A program made the translations under genes and the position numbers. The notes under the pieces are model-generated. The model saw only the letters and a program-made list of their open reading frames with translations. It searched no databases and was not told the origin of the DNA. A DNA stretch of 64,000 nucleotides, from contig CAVOXA010000001.1 in the NCBI GenBank assembly GCA_963700285.1, positions 32,001 through 96,000 on the forward strand. Direction: 5' to 3'. The DNA is from an uncultured Chloroflexia bacterium (lineage in GTDB: Bacteria > Chloroflexota > Anaerolineae > JAAYZQ01). Within the stretch, counting starts at the first letter, position 1, and each line of letters begins with the position of its first letter. Of the stretch, positions 1 to 12,146 are shown one piece after another.

Positions 1-505
1 TGGCGGTCAGTTCCTCAGTATCGCATAGGCGCAGCATTGTGTCACGCGCGGCGCCGGAGGGCCATGCCTGAGGTGGCTGGGGCTCAGGTAGCTCAACCTG
101 GTGTTCCGCCCTCCGATGGACGGCGCCTGAAACCCCTCCAAGGCCCTTGAGCGTGGCCAGCGTGATCCTGTCTGTTTGGCGTATTCGATAGGCATATCCC
201 CCAGCACGGATGGCCCCATCCTTGGTATCCAGGTAGCGGTCATGCAGCTCAGCGATGGACACTTTGCCAAGGGTGAATCTGGCCAAGGTGCCAGTCTCCA
301 GCAACCGCTGAAGTGCCTCTTCATCGGAAATCTGGAACTTGGCCTCAATCTCCAAAATGCCCCTGCTTCTTGTTCTCTATTCGTCCACACTCTCCGTGGG
401 GGATCAGTTTGGAGACGATGGAAAACATCTCTGCTTTCTGTCTGGAGTACATTATACCATACACTCCCGTTCTTCGCAACCCACGGACACCCATCAAGGT
501 CTGAT

Positions 506-2282
506 CTAGGCCAGTGTCTCCAATTCCTCGATCATCTCGGCGATCACGTCAAAGCCACCCTGCCAGAAAGCGGCTGAAGTCATGTCGATGCCCGCCTCGA
601 CCAGGATTTCAGCCGGGCTCCTGGACCCGCCATAGGCCAGGATCTTGAGATACTTGGGGATAAAAGATCTCGCCTTCCTCTTTGTACTGCCGGTACAGGG
701 CCAATACCAGCAGCTGGCCAAAGCTGTAGGCATAGCAGTAGAAGGGCGTGTGGTAGATGTGCGGGATGGATACCCATTCCCAGCGAAACTCGTCGCTGAT
801 CTCCACAGCATCGCCAAATTGCTCCTGCAAATTGGCCAGGTAGCGTTCGGCCAGAAAGCCCGTTGTCCTGCCCTCTTGAACCAATTCATGGGCCTCACGC
901 TCAAAGAGGACAAAGTACGCCTGTCGCATCACTGTGGCGTAGGCATTGTCCACAAAACGGGCCAGGATGTCCCGCCGTACGGTCGCATCAGCTTCCTCTC
1001 CCAGCAGGCGTTCGAGGAGCAGCATCTCGGAAAAGACAGAAGCTGTCTCGGCCAGGGGCAGGGACGAGTGGAAGGTCAAGGGCGTATGGCCCGCGGCCAT
1101 GAGCCCGTGGACGGCGTGACCCAGCTCGTGGGCCAGGGTCGAGACGTCGTTGGCTTTGCCATTGTAGTTGACCAGTACCCAGGGTGCAATGCCGGGCAGT
1201 ACGCTGGCACAGAACGCCCCCGAGTCCTTGCGGGGCCGAATCTCCGAGTCGAGATGCTCTTCGGCAAAGACGCGCTGAGCATGCTCCGCCAGGAGTGGCG
1301 AGAATCCGCCCAGGCTGTCTAGTACCATGTTGGCCGCTGTGTCGAAAGGATAGGTCTTGTCCGAGCTGCTCAGGGGGGCATAGATGTCATAGCGCCGCAA
1401 CTTGTCGAGACCCAGCCAGCCAGCCTTCAGCCGGAAGTAGCGCTGGAAGAGCTTGGCATTCTCCTGGCAGACCTCCAGGAGGGTATCCACGACTGTCGTC
1501 GGGAATGTCATTGCCCAGGTTGCGGACGGCGATGGGCGAGGGATACTTGCGCGAGCGAGAGTTGCTCGCTGGCCCAGTCTCGCACGACGTGTTGGTAGAT
1601 CTGGCCCAGCACGGTGCTCTGCTCGCCATAGACGCGGTACAGTTCCTGGTAGACGGCGGCGCGCACGTCGGGATGCGGATCACGGGCATAGACCATGAGT
1701 TCAGAACGGCCGAGTTCTTTGACCTCACCATCGATCTCTACTTTGAAGACAAAGGCGTTGGTCAGCATCTCGTACACGGTCACCAATGCCTGGACCCCAT
1801 TTACGTCCTTCAGGTTGATGACCTGTTCCTCCAGTTCTGACAGTGTATGGGGTTTGAAGCGGCGCAGCGACTCCAGGTAGTAGGCGTTGTCGCCGCTTGC
1901 GGCTAGCAATCGTTCGGCAGGCTCGTCGTCCAGCCCTTTCCACCACAAGGTGAAGAACAGTACCCGATTCTGAACGTCGGTCAGCAGTTGCTCCATCCTG
2001 CCCTCGAAAGGCCAGGGCATCCTGGTCCTGAGTATCCTCGGCGTACCACAGGTAAGCATAGGCCCCCATGCGCTTGGTAAAGGCCGCGAGCCTTTCCACT
2101 TGGCTCATAAGCTGAGAAAAGTCCGCCTCCGAGATATCCGGCGAGAGTTCTTCCCGGCTTGCTTCAAGTTGCAAAACGACACCTTCCAGTTCGGCCAGCA
2201 TCCCTTCGAACTCGGGGCTAGCTGTGCTTGGCAAAAGATCCTTCAGGGACCACCTTGTTTGTTCGAATGCTTCGTGGTTCAT
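506..2282 (-). CDS. pepF: Oligoendopeptidase F (M3B family), split by about 3 frameshifts
   Basis: HELGH zinc motif, LAETASVFSE and HIYHTPFYCYAYSFG motifs. Pieces in ORFs 1725-2315, 1508-2059, 609-1511 and 506-913 join into one ~590 aa protein. Confidence 0.88.
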
Positions 2283-2399
2283 TTTGGTCCTTCCCTTTAC
2301 AGGTTGACTCGCCATCGCCGAGGGGGTTATTGAACGAGGCTGGTGCTACGGCAGGCACCAGCCTGCTGCGGTTGTCTTCCATGCAGGCGAGTTCTCGGC

Positions 2400-3798
2400 T
2401 CAGGTCAGCCCCCACACGTTCGATGACTCTTTTGGAAACAGCGCCTCAAGCAGGAGCTGCGCTTCGTCGTTCAAAGTCCAACAATCGGCAAAGGCGTATT
2501 TCAGTTCTCCCAGGGACCGGTAGCCAAACAACAGTTGTAGGAAGGTTAGCCCGGGAAAACCCACAGTACCATCCTCTGCGCCTATCGGCTGCCAGAAGTC
2601 CACGTCAACCAGCTTCCCCTGCTCGAACATCAGACGCAATCCGTCATGGTAGCGGCTGATCTCCATTTCTCCAGTGTGCCCCACCAGCACCGACTGGGCC
2701 AGCCGGTGTTCCAAAACCGGGGCTACTTTGCGGATGAACCCTGGCAGGTCGGGCACGCGCAAGTACCAGGCATAGGGGTTGGCGGTTTTCGGTAGCTGGG
2801 CGTCCATCGCTTCGTAGACCGGGTGCTCTGTGCCCAATAGAAAGGCAAACGTGGTCAGTGTTTGCCCCTCGTCTCGCCGCGCATACTCCTGGCCCTTGGC
2901 CCAGAGATAGCGTATCACCGTTGGGGTCACTGCCAGCCAGGAGACCCCTGCTTCAAGCTCATATGCGGTAGCCGTCGGATCTGCCCCGAGATAGTGCATC
3001 CCTGTGTACCAAAAAGCCCACCCGCTTGCCCGCCAGTGTCTCTACAATGCATAGTACACGCCGGCCGTCGCTTTTCTCACTTCTACCTGTTAGTTCATAT
3101 TGCCACAATGCCTCGTCGCGGACGCATGACACGAGGGAGCGCTGGCACCCTCGCTCATAAGCCTCAGCGATAAAAGGCAGGTCGGATCTCGTTGCCATGC
3201 GTACATGGTATGGTTCTGTCTCGCCATCCTGCAACTTGGGTACCTGGCAGCCGTAGCCCAGGCGCCCGCCACCCAGGTTCAGCGCCATCTCGTAGCCGAA
3301 CTGACGGTAGTACCAGGGGATGCCCGTGATGGCTTGCAGGCTCTCCCCTCGCCCGGCACTCCGCTGGTGGACTGTCTCGAATTGGGCGCGTACCAGGCCG
3401 CGCCTCCGGTAGTTGGGGTGCGTGCCCACCAACTCTGGCCGCCCAACGCCGATCTCAACGTCTCCAAAGGTCCAGGTCTGAGCGATCAAGCACATCGAGG
3501 ACACAATCGCGCCTGTATGCACGTCCTCTACCAGGCTAAAGTCACCTGCTCTGACGGTCGGGTGCCTGCCCGACAGCATGTCCCTGGTCGAGGCCACGAT
3601 CCCTTCGTCTGGGCCTTCAGTCTCTGGGGCGCGGTGCACCTCACCGTGAAAGGCCACCAGCGGGTCGGCGTCCGCTGGCGTTGCCTGGCGCAATCGCAGC
3701 CCATCTCCGAGGTCTGGGTTTAGGCTTCCGCCCTGTCCGCTGTCGACTCTTGCCCCTCTGGAGTCAAGATGAGAGCCTGGACTTGGCCGTCCTGACAC
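2400..3798 (-). CDS. GNAT family N-acetyltransferase (Eis-like), one frameshift near 2990
   Basis: VGTHPNYRRRGL acetyl-CoA motif and YYRQFGY. The C-terminal half is in ORF 2400-2999. Start is uncertain. Confidence 0.75.
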
Positions 3799-5078
3799 TA
3801 TACAATCACCATTTGGGGACGTTCCGGCCCCACCGAGATAAAGCGGATCGGTGCACCAGCCAGTTCTTCGATGCGTCGCAGATAGGCGCGGGCAGCTTCC
3901 GGCAGGTCTCCCCAGATACGACAGCCGCTGGTGTCACTCTGCCAACCTGGCCAGGATTCGTATACCGGCTCGACCAAAGCTTGCGTAGCGGTGTCAGGTA
4001 CATAGTCCAGTACCTGATCGCCCAGCCGGTAGCCCACACAGATCTGGATGGTGTCGAAATAGTCCAATACGTCCAGCTTGGTCACGGCGATGCCCGTGAA
4101 GCCATTGATCCAGGCCGCATAGCCGATGGCCACACCGTCGAGCCAGCCGCAGCGTCGCGGGCGCCCGGTTGTCGCGCCATACTCCCGTCCGATCTCCTGG
4201 AGTTTAGCACCCAGCTCATCGTGCAACTCGGTAGGAAATGGCCCGCTTCCTACTGAAGTCGAATAGGCCTTGACCACACCCAATACCTCGTCGATGGCCC
4301 TGGGCGGGATGCCAGCGCCCATGCATGCCCCGCCCGCCGTTGGCGAGGAGGCGGTGGTGTAGGGATAGATCCCCCAGTTTATGTCCCGTCCAATACCAAG
4401 TTGCCCTTCCAGCAGGACTTGCTGGCCGCTCTGTACTGCATCGCGTACCCAGGGAAACGTATCTACGATGCTGTCGCCATGCCGTTCTCGCCAGGCAGCG
4501 GCCAGATCCATCAGTTCGTCCACGGTGAATTGCCTCAGACCGTAGAAGGCCAGCACTCGATTCTTGAGGGGCAGAACCAGTTCTAGGCGCTGCTGCAGCA
4601 GATCGGGATGGTGGAGATCGCCGGCGCGGATGCCGTTGTAGGAGTGCTTGTCCGCATAGACCGGGCCAATCCCCCGCCGGGTCGTGCCCATTTCCTCGGC
4701 GCCCTCAACATCCCGCTTGCGTCGTTCCTCTTCTGCGCCATCCAGCAAGCGGTGGTAGGGCCAGATGAGATGAGCCCGGATGTCGATCCACGAGTTGCCG
4801 GCTTCCACGCCGGCGGCTCGGAGCAGCGACTGTTCTTCGGCGACTGTGTCCAGGTTGACGACCGTCCCTGGGCCGAGCAGGCAGCGCACGTGAGGATAGA
4901 AAATGCCGCAAGGGATCAGGTGCAGGGCAAAGCGACCATAGTCGTTGACCACCGTGTGCCCGGCATTGTCGCCACCCTGGAAGCGGATCACCATGTCGGC
5001 CTGTGCTGCCATATAGTCCACCACACGCCCTTTGCCTTCGTCGCCCCATTGGGCTCCCACGACGATCGTCACGGTCAT
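3798..5078 (-). CDS. purA: Adenylosuccinate synthetase
   Basis: [18 protein letters not shown] and [14 protein letters not shown] motifs. Confidence 0.97.
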   Translation of the reverse strand: MTVTIVVGAQWGDEGKGRVVDYMAAQADMVIRFQGGDNAGHTVVNDYGRFALHLIPCGIFYPHVRCLLGPGTVVNLDTVAEEQSLLRAAGVEAGNSWIDIRAHLIWPYHRLLDGAEEERRKRDVEGAEEMGTTRRGIGPVYADKHSYNGIRAGDLHHPDLLQQRLELVLPLKNRVLAFYGLRQFTVDELMDLAAAWRERHGDSIVDTFPWVRDAVQSGQQVLLEGQLGIGRDINWGIYPYTTASSPTAGGACMGAGIPPRAIDEVLGVVKAYSTSVGSGPFPTELHDELGAKLQEIGREYGATTGRPRRCGWLDGVAIGYAAWINGFTGIAVTKLDVLDYFDTIQICVGYRLGDQVLDYVPDTATQALVEPVYESWPGWQSDTSGCRIWGDLPEAARAYLRRIEELAGAPIRFISVGPERPQMVIV

Positions 5079-5161
5079 TGCCTACCCCCTCGGTCGATTC
5101 GACAGCCTGGAATTCAACGGGTCAATCGGAAGTAATGGCTGGCACATCTCCAACCCCGGCC

Positions 5162-5923
5162 TCATACCAGCGGCCAGGGGACGACGCGTCCCGGCCCGGG
5201 CTTGGGGAGACGGCCTGCCTGGATCAGCGCTTGTACGCGACGGCGCAGCGCGCATACTTCGTCGTCGCTCAGCAAGCGACAGAGAGCCCGAGGCAGGGTC
5301 AAAGACTCGCCAAGAGCCTCCTGCAGGTCCTGGAGGCTGGTCACTACCTCCTCGGGTAGGGGCTGTTCCGCGAAATCCCAGATCACCGTTCGCAACTTGT
5401 ATTCTGCATGAAAGGTCAGTGCGTTGTCGATGGCCCACAAGTGCCCGTCGCGACCTACCAGGCAGTGACCAGACTTGCGGTCCGCGTTGTTGGCGATCAC
5501 ATCGAACACAGCCAGTCGCAGCAGGTCGTCCGCATAGGCGGCATCGTCTTGGATGGTGAAAAAGTGGGCATCTTTTTGAGCGTGGACAAAAAACTGTACC
5601 GAGCCCAGTCCGTAGGGACCCTGTCGCAGCACCGTTGGCGGAACCAAGTCCCAACCCAATGCCTCGCACACCAGGTAGGCGGCGACTTCCCGCTTGCCCA
5701 GGCTTCCAGCAGGAAAATCCCACAGAGGGCGTTCACCACGCTGCGGCTTGTAGATGCCCATCGTTGAGAACTCGTCGTCCCGAACGGTCACCAGTAGCGT
5801 GGCATTGGAACTCCACGGGATCAGACCTTCGATCTCGATCTCTCCCTCGGAGAGGAGCTGGAGGATGCGATCCGAGGTGAGGGCGATGATGGCATCCGTC
5901 CCCGCCTGCTCGCTGGTGTTCAC
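5162..5923 (-). CDS. SCO1664 family protein (PI3/4-kinase-like fold)
   Basis: IYKP..GERPLWDFP, REVAAY, NNADRKSGH and IDNALTF motifs. GTG start overlaps the upstream stop (GTGA). Confidence 0.85.
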   Translation of the reverse strand: MNTSEQAGTDAIIALTSDRILQLLSEGEIEIEGLIPWSSNATLLVTVRDDEFSTMGIYKPQRGERPLWDFPAGSLGKREVAAYLVCEALGWDLVPPTVLRQGPYGLGSVQFFVHAQKDAHFFTIQDDAAYADDLLRLAVFDVIANNADRKSGHCLVGRDGHLWAIDNALTFHAEYKLRTVIWDFAEQPLPEEVVTSLQDLQEALGESLTLPRALCRLLSDDEVCALRRRVQALIQAGRLPKPGPGRVVPWPLV

Positions 5924-6444
5924 GTCCGGTTGCCGTTCCTGCGAGGGCAGAAGTGGCCTTCGGGATCTATGGCTTGGCCACACATGCTGCAAGTAGGGCG
6001 TCCCGATGCAACCACTTCCTGCCCATGGATACTGAGCGCGCGCATCTGAGCCTGTGTGGCCCAGAGGCGCGCCACCGATGGTACTGCTCTGTCGTCCTCA
6101 TCCAAAAGCTCGTAGGCGATCACCAGCAGCAACCCACTGACCTCGTCGTACCCGAGGTTCACCTGCCCTGTCCGAAAGGCCGGCTCCAGAGGATACTCCA
6201 GGTCCATCCTACCTTTCAGCGCAGGATCCGGCTCAACGACGGCGTCGACGTTGTCGTCGGCCAGCGAGAGCAGTACCTGGTCAGTAGCCATGGCCAGGGC
6301 CGCCACGTGCTCCTTTTCGCAGATCACCGTCACCAGTTGATTTCCCTTGCGAGCCTGAAGGTAGAATACCCTCTTTCCTGGCTCGCCAATGGCATCAGCG
6401 GTGATGCGATCGACCGGATTCAAATCAAAGACCTCATCGGGCAT
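5920..6444 (-). CDS. DUF3090 family protein
   Basis: GEPGKRVFYLQA, EKEHV and a C-terminal GRPTCxxC...GHFCPRRNG. Confidence 0.85.
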   Translation of the reverse strand: MPDEVFDLNPVDRITADAIGEPGKRVFYLQARKGNQLVTVICEKEHVAALAMATDQVLLSLADDNVDAVVEPDPALKGRMDLEYPLEPAFRTGQVNLGYDEVSGLLLVIAYELLDEDDRAVPSVARLWATQAQMRALSIHGQEVVASGRPTCSMCGQAIDPEGHFCPRRNGNRT

Positions 6445-6446
6445 GG

Positions 6447-7100
6447 TCAGTGCTCCTCGTTTTCTGGTTGCATCGGATGCTCCTCAATCTCGAATGAAGG
6501 CAAGGTGGCAGTATGATTCAGACATAACAGCCGCGGGCCAAAGCGTGTGAAGGCAAAGGCCGTTACCGAAGCAGGACTGATGGTCAGCCTCTGGAAAAGA
6601 TCCAGCGGCACGCCGGTATAGAAGGCTGAAGCCATCTTGATCGGGTCCGAGTGTGAGAAAACAGCAGCTATCTGCTCAGCGTGTGCATCCCGGATGGCGT
6701 CCAGTTCGGCCACAATTCGTGCCTGGACCTCACGCATCGACTCGCCATCTGGAAACCGGGCTCCGGCGGGATAGACTTGGACCACTGGCCACAGCTCATC
6801 TTCCTTCAAGTCCTTGAGCTCCCGACCCGTCCAGCTGCCATACCCGGCCTCACCAAGTCCCTCGCGTACCTGTACGGTCAGGCCTTGAGCTTGGGCCAGT
6901 GGCTGGGCTGTCTCAAGGGTTCTTTCCAGTGGACTGCTGTAGATGGCCCGCAGGGGTGTGTCTGATAGCCGCTGGGCCAGGGCAGTGGCCTGCGCGCGGC
7001 CTTTGTCATTGAGGTGAACCCCTGGTGTCCAGCCTGCCAATCGCTCGCCTACCCAGTCGTTCTCTGCATGGCGGATCAACAACAAATACATCATCTTCAT
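6447..7100 (-). CDS. Histidine phosphatase family protein (MSMEG_4193-like phosphomutase)
   Basis: LIRHAE, SSPLERTLETA and SHSDPIK motifs, plus synteny with DUF3090/SCO1664. Confidence 0.85.
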   Translation of the reverse strand: MKMMYLLLIRHAENDWVGERLAGWTPGVHLNDKGRAQATALAQRLSDTPLRAIYSSPLERTLETAQPLAQAQGLTVQVREGLGEAGYGSWTGRELKDLKEDELWPVVQVYPAGARFPDGESMREVQARIVAELDAIRDAHAEQIAAVFSHSDPIKMASAFYTGVPLDLFQRLTISPASVTAFAFTRFGPRLLCLNHTATLPSFEIEEHPMQPENEEH

Positions 7101-7332
7101 TATATTATCTCCAGCCTATCATTATACCACAAAGCCGCTCTGACACGAAACGGAAAGCCTTCCCGCTTCCATGCAGGCAAACTTTCCAGCGGACGTGGGA
7201 CATCGGAAACCGTCACAGTCTAGCCGCCTGCCATGGCCTTCATTCAGTCAGAGCTGCGATCTCACAGTAGCCACTTGCCTGCGGGCAGTGGCTCTGATGC
7301 CATTGCTTCGCTACGCCGCGAGTGCTGAGGGA

Positions 7333-8088
7333 CTACAGAGGGTACCTATCGCCATCGTGGGCCAGGCTCACCGGGCCGGGGAATTCAGAAGCTGCCCGGC
7401 GCCAAGCCTCCAGATTCACATCCCGCACGGGATAATGGGTGAGAGCCAGCTTTTCCACACTCGCTGCACGGGCGACCTCTGCGGCTTGGGCCGGTGACGA
7501 GTGACCAGGGTACTCTCCAGATGCTTCGTGGATCAGTAGATCTGCACCAAAAGCCAGCCTGATCAGGGCTGGACAGGGCTCTGTATCCCCCGAGTAGACA
7601 ATGGCCCGTCCGGTCTCAGTGTTCTCGAAGCGAAATGCCAGCGCCTGCATGCCCCTGTGACGAACAGGCGTGGCGATAATCCGTACCCCCTCCACTTCCA
7701 GAACCCGCCGATGCTCGCGCAGGAGAACTGGCTGCCATTCCAGGGAAAACATGTCGGCGCGTTCGGCCAGGCTGAACATCTCCAGCAGGCTGCGAGCGAT
7801 GTCCAGGGCTTCTGTGGGACCGTAGATGGGCAGTGGATCCTCGCGCCCGCCAAGCCACAGGCCCTGGATGAGCAAGGGCAAGCCGTAAATGTGGTCAGCA
7901 TGATGGTGGGTCAGGACCACGGCTCGGATCGATGCCATCTCTACCCCAACTCGAGCGAGCTTGTAGAGGGGACTGCCTCCGCAGTCGATCAGAACTGCCC
8001 AGTCGGGTCCGCAGAGCACCTGGCCGACGGTATCATGTCCCGCGTCGGGGACAGAGGCTGCGGTGCCCAGAACGATCAGTTCAGGCAT
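7333..8088 (-). CDS. MBL-fold metallo-hydrolase, RNase Z-like
   Basis: LGTAAS, IDCG, THHHADH, YSGDT, LIHEAS, HSS and LTHY motifs. Confidence 0.8.
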   Translation of the reverse strand: MPELIVLGTAASVPDAGHDTVGQVLCGPDWAVLIDCGGSPLYKLARVGVEMASIRAVVLTHHHADHIYGLPLLIQGLWLGGREDPLPIYGPTEALDIARSLLEMFSLAERADMFSLEWQPVLLREHRRVLEVEGVRIIATPVRHRGMQALAFRFENTETGRAIVYSGDTEPCPALIRLAFGADLLIHEASGEYPGHSSPAQAAEVARAASVEKLALTHYPVRDVNLEAWRRAASEFPGPVSLAHDGDRYPL

Positions 8089-8111
8089 CGGTAGGCCTCC
8101 TGAGACAAGGG

Positions 8112-9134
8112 CTAAACTGCGAGACCCCGGTCATCCCAGTCAGCGAAAAGATCGGTTCGGATGTCCCGCGGAATGAGGACTGACAGGGCGCGCGGGACTA
8201 CCTCACATTCAAAGGGGGTCGAGCCGAATGGTTCGCCGTCCACGTGAATGGCCATGGGCTTGTCAGTCTCAACCCGGATCCTGCGACCCAGGTGCAGGCT
8301 ATGGCGGGGATCGCGGACGTGCAATCCCGTAATCACACCCAACGCGGTCCGCATCACAGAAACAAAACCTGTGCCGGCGAAAATATTCACATCCAGAAGG
8401 CCATCATCGAGCCTCGCATCTGTGGCGATGCGCACCAGCCCGCCATAGAGCTGGGAGTTACTGATGACTATCAATATGGACCGCCGGTTGATGCGTTCGT
8501 CGTCAATGGTGATGCGACTCCGTACGCCAGCCATGTTGGCCGCGATGGTCACACCGGCGACGATGTAGCCCAGGGTACCCAATCTCCGCTGGCGGCGTGT
8601 GCGGGGTTCCATGGCATAAGTCACCTCGGCGTCCAGCCCAAGCCCGGCCCATTGTAAGAAATAGTGCCCGCTATCGCCAACGATGATCTTACCCAGATCG
8701 ATGCGCCGGATGGTGCCTGGCAGCAAGGCCTTGACCGAGTCTACGAGGGGCAGCATGTGGCGCGGAGAACGGGTGGGCAAACCCAGTTCCTTGGCCCAAA
8801 CATTGCCCGTACCTCCTGGCAAGACGCCCAGGGCTACTGGTCCTTCGGCCAGTCCATTGATAACCTCGTTAATGGTGCCATCGCCGCCAACCACGAATAC
8901 AGCATCAAGGCCCTCGTCTCGAGCTTGCCAAGCCAGTTCGGTTGCTTCTCCGGCCCGACTGGTCAGATGCAGGCTGGCCTGCCAGTCATGGGCTTCCAGG
9001 TGGCTCAGGACAGCCGGTAACTCGCGCTGTATGTTCCACGGTCCGGATGTAGGGTTCACGATCAGCTTGGATCGCATACTAGGCTCCATCCGTTTCGCCG
9101 TGGGAGAAACCACTGAGACGCCCTCGTTCCCCAT
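8112..9134 (-). CDS. Diacylglycerol kinase family lipid kinase (YegS/DgkB-like)
   Basis: IVNPTSG, GGDGTINE, GGTGNVWA and VDGE motifs. The true start may be 9077. Confidence 0.88.
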   Translation of the reverse strand: MGNEGVSVVSPTAKRMEPSMRSKLIVNPTSGPWNIQRELPAVLSHLEAHDWQASLHLTSRAGEATELAWQARDEGLDAVFVVGGDGTINEVINGLAEGPVALGVLPGGTGNVWAKELGLPTRSPRHMLPLVDSVKALLPGTIRRIDLGKIIVGDSGHYFLQWAGLGLDAEVTYAMEPRTRRQRRLGTLGYIVAGVTIAANMAGVRSRITIDDERINRRSILIVISNSQLYGGLVRIATDARLDDGLLDVNIFAGTGFVSVMRTALGVITGLHVRDPRHSLHLGRRIRVETDKPMAIHVDGEPFGSTPFECEVVPRALSVLIPRDIRTDLFADWDDRGLAV

Positions 9135-9353
9135 GACATGTCGCCATTATACCAAAGCTTTGCACCCTGTACCAATCAACAGCAGTCTGCTGCCGCCTTG
9201 TCCAAAGATGCGACTTGGTGTACAATAGATTGTTGGGATAGGCCAAAGCTGCTTGGATGCGCAGGCAGGCGGGTTCCGGGTTTCGGAGTCTAGCTTACGG
9301 CTTTCAAGGCAAGCTGTGCTACACTGCGAGGGTGGTTATTTGGGAGGCTTGAA

Positions 9354-11159
9354 GTGAATGTAAACTGGAGAGGGGCACTTGTCTATGTACTTATTCTGGT
9401 CGCTGCCGGTGCCCTGATACTTGGGGTTTTCCCTACGAATGAGCGACTGGAGGAAATCCCACTTTCCCAATTGGTGGCTGACATCAACGATGGGAAAGTA
9501 GAGGCGGTCACGGTCAAGAATGAGGGCTTGGAGGTGACCTACAAGGATGAGAGCGCCGTTACATCTCGCAAAGAAGATGACATAGAACTCACCGATACTC
9601 TTGTGAGGATGGGTGTGGACCCCGCTGCGCTCGATCAGGTGGATATTCAGGTCGAGACGCCCAATCCCCTGGGGGAATGGGTGGCCATCCTGGGCAGTTT
9701 TCTCCCCTTTATTTTCCTGGCCGTGATTTTCTTCTTTCTAATGCGCCAGGCGCAGGGCAGCAACAACCAAGCTATGTCCTTTGGCAAGAGCCGGGCGCGG
9801 ATGTTCACCGGTCAGAAGCCGACAGTCACTTTTGATGATGTAGCGGGTGTTGACGAAGCCAAGCAAGAGTTGGTCGAGGTTGTAGAATTCCTCAAAGAAC
9901 CACAAAAGTTTATTGCCCTCGGGGCCCGTATCCCCAAGGGCGTCGTGCTGGTGGGTCCACCCGGCACGGGAAAAACTCTCCTGGCCAAGGCAGTGTCTGG
10001 CGAGGCAGGTGTCCCGTTCTTTTCAATCTCTGGTTCCGAATTTGTCGAGATGTTTGTGGGAGTGGGAGCCGCTCGGGTTCGCGATCTTTTCGACCAGGCC
10101 AAGCGCAACTCGCCGTGCATCATTTTTGTGGATGAGATTGATGCGGTGGGCCGCCATCGAGGTGCGGGGCTGGGGGGGTCGCACGACGAACGAGAGCAAA
10201 CCCTCAACCAGATCCTGGTCGAAATGGATGGCTTTGGAACGGATACCAACATCATTGTGGTTGCCGCCACCAACCGGCCCGACATCTTGGATCCGGCGCT
10301 GCTGCGCCCTGGGCGTTTTGACCGTCGCGTGGTCCTCGATCGACCCGACATTGAGGGCCGCAAGGGCATCCTCGAGGTTCATGTGCGGGGCAAGCCTCTG
10401 GCCAGGGAAGTGGATCTGGCAGTTCTAGCCCGCCAGACGCCTGGTTTCGTGGGAGCTGACATTGAGAATATGGTCAACGAGGCTGCCATCTTGGCTGCCC
10501 GCGGAAACAAGAAATCCATCGGCATGGAGGAACTGGAAGAGGCCGTGGTGCGAGTTGTTGCTGGACCGGAGCGCAGGAGCCGGATCATATCCGACGACGA
10601 GAAAAAGATCTTGGCCTATCACGAAGCTGGACACGCTCTGGTCCAGAACAAGCTGCCCAACTGCGATCCTGTCCACAAGGTTTCCATTGTAGCTCGAGGG
10701 ATGAACCTGGGTTACACGATGGCTTTGCCTGAAAAGGACCGCTATCTCTATACACAAGACAAGTTTGAAGATGAGATTGCTGGCATGCTGGCCGGACGCG
10801 TGGCGGAAGAGCTTGTCTACAGCGACAAATGGACAGGGGCTCAGGATGACCTAGAAAAGGCGACGAAAATGGCGCGCAGGATGGTCACGGCCTACGGTAT
10901 GAGCGAAAAGCTGGGCCCCTTGACCTTCGGTGACCGCGACGAGTTGGTCTTTTTGGGACGAGAGATCTCTGAGCAACGCAACTATAGCGAAGAGATAGCC
11001 GAGGAGATCGATTCAGAGATCCGACGGATCCTCGAAGACGCGTATAACAGAGCGCGAGATGTACTGACGGCCTATCGCCAAAAGCTGGATGACATCGCTC
11101 AGCGGCTGATAGAGATCGAGACCATAGACCGCGAAGAGTTCGAGATGCTGGTGGCCTAG
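9354..11159 (+). CDS. ftsH: ATP-dependent zinc metalloprotease FtsH
   Basis: Two N-terminal TM helices, [23 protein letters not shown] and HEAGH. Confidence 0.97.
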   Translation: MNVNWRGALVYVLILVAAGALILGVFPTNERLEEIPLSQLVADINDGKVEAVTVKNEGLEVTYKDESAVTSRKEDDIELTDTLVRMGVDPAALDQVDIQVETPNPLGEWVAILGSFLPFIFLAVIFFFLMRQAQGSNNQAMSFGKSRARMFTGQKPTVTFDDVAGVDEAKQELVEVVEFLKEPQKFIALGARIPKGVVLVGPPGTGKTLLAKAVSGEAGVPFFSISGSEFVEMFVGVGAARVRDLFDQAKRNSPCIIFVDEIDAVGRHRGAGLGGSHDEREQTLNQILVEMDGFGTDTNIIVVAATNRPDILDPALLRPGRFDRRVVLDRPDIEGRKGILEVHVRGKPLAREVDLAVLARQTPGFVGADIENMVNEAAILAARGNKKSIGMEELEEAVVRVVAGPERRSRIISDDEKKILAYHEAGHALVQNKLPNCDPVHKVSIVARGMNLGYTMALPEKDRYLYTQDKFEDEIAGMLAGRVAEELVYSDKWTGAQDDLEKATKMARRMVTAYGMSEKLGPLTFGDRDELVFLGREISEQRNYSEEIAEEIDSEIRRILEDAYNRARDVLTAYRQKLDDIAQRLIEIETIDREEFEMLVA

Positions 11160-11246
11160 CTCCAGCGCCAGCCTGGCCCGCAAACGGCCATTAGCCGGAC
11201 AGCCGTCAAGGCGACCTCCCGACCATCTTGTTTCATCATCTGTGCA

Positions 11247-11276
11247 AGCCCCTTCCGTCTAAGGGAAGGGGCTTTT
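11247..11276 (+). terminator. Intrinsic terminator after ftsH
   Basis: aagccccttcc-loop-ggaaggggctttt hairpin. Confidence 0.7.
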
Positions 11277-11338
11277 AGATCCCCTGATCTTGTTCGAGAG
11301 TAGACACTGGATAACGCTGGGGATAAATATAATAAGAA

Positions 11339-11367
11339 TTGACAATTTTTGGCTCTTGTGCTACAAT
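11339..11367 (+). promoter_or_regulatory. Sigma70-type promoter
   Basis: TTGACA-17 bp-TACAAT with an AT-rich upstream tract. Confidence 0.75.
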
Positions 11368-11446
11368 TGCCTACAAGAAGATGAAGGGTCGATTGTCTCG
11401 CCAAAGTTACTCCGGCAATCCGTTGCAGCAGAAAGGAATGGATACT

Positions 11447-12070
11447 ATGCAAAGTACTCGCCAGGAGATCCTGGAAATTCTGAAGGAGGAGAGGGAAGCG
11501 ACTGTTGAGGACTTGGCCTCGCGCCTGGAACTTACGCCGATGACCATTCGCCACCATCTGAATGTTCTACAAGCCCAGAATCTCGTCATGGCCACCACAG
11601 TGCGGCGTTCACAAAAAGTAGGCCGGCCCCGTCTGGTCTATACCCTGACCGATGCTGCGGATGAACTCTTTCCGCAGGGCTATGGTGAACTGGCTCGACA
11701 TCTGGTCACTGAAATCAAAGAGACGATGGGGCCAGAGGAGACAGAGGCGATCTTTCGTCGTATTGGCGAGCGCATCGCAGCCGAGGCTCCGGCTCCCTAC
11801 GAAGGCCAAGATTTTGAGGATCGGCTGGATCAAGCTGCCAGCTTTCTGGAGGAGCTTGGATTTCTCTTCCGTTGGGAAAAGACCGATGAGGGCTACCTCC
11901 TCACCAACATCAACTGTCCCTATCGCCACGTAATTCGGGAGCATCCCGAGGTCTGCGTCATGGACACTGTGCTACTTGGCCGGCTGCTGCAAGTTGAGCC
12001 TCAGCGCCTGGACAGCCTTCGGACAGGGGCGCCTTCGTGTACTTGCCTCCTAGTACCGGAAGAGTTCTAG
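11447..12070 (+). CDS. HTH transcriptional regulator (SufR-like/ArsR-DeoR wHTH)
   Basis: wHTH region 'TVEDLA...TIRHHL...GRPRLVYTLT' and C-terminal Cys pattern NCPY...EVC...SCTC. Confidence 0.8.
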   Translation: MQSTRQEILEILKEEREATVEDLASRLELTPMTIRHHLNVLQAQNLVMATTVRRSQKVGRPRLVYTLTDAADELFPQGYGELARHLVTEIKETMGPEETEAIFRRIGERIAAEAPAPYEGQDFEDRLDQAASFLEELGFLFRWEKTDEGYLLTNINCPYRHVIREHPEVCVMDTVLLGRLLQVEPQRLDSLRTGAPSCTCLLVPEEF

Positions 12071-12146
12071 AGAGGAGCCGAACGGTTCTTTGCGCCAAGG
12101 GATGCAGCAAGCCGGGGTTGTCTGACGAGATTGTGATGAGGAACAG

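Noticed and set aside
7-505. Short ORFs at the window start
   Set aside because: No recognisable motifs or convincing RBS, so no call can be supported.
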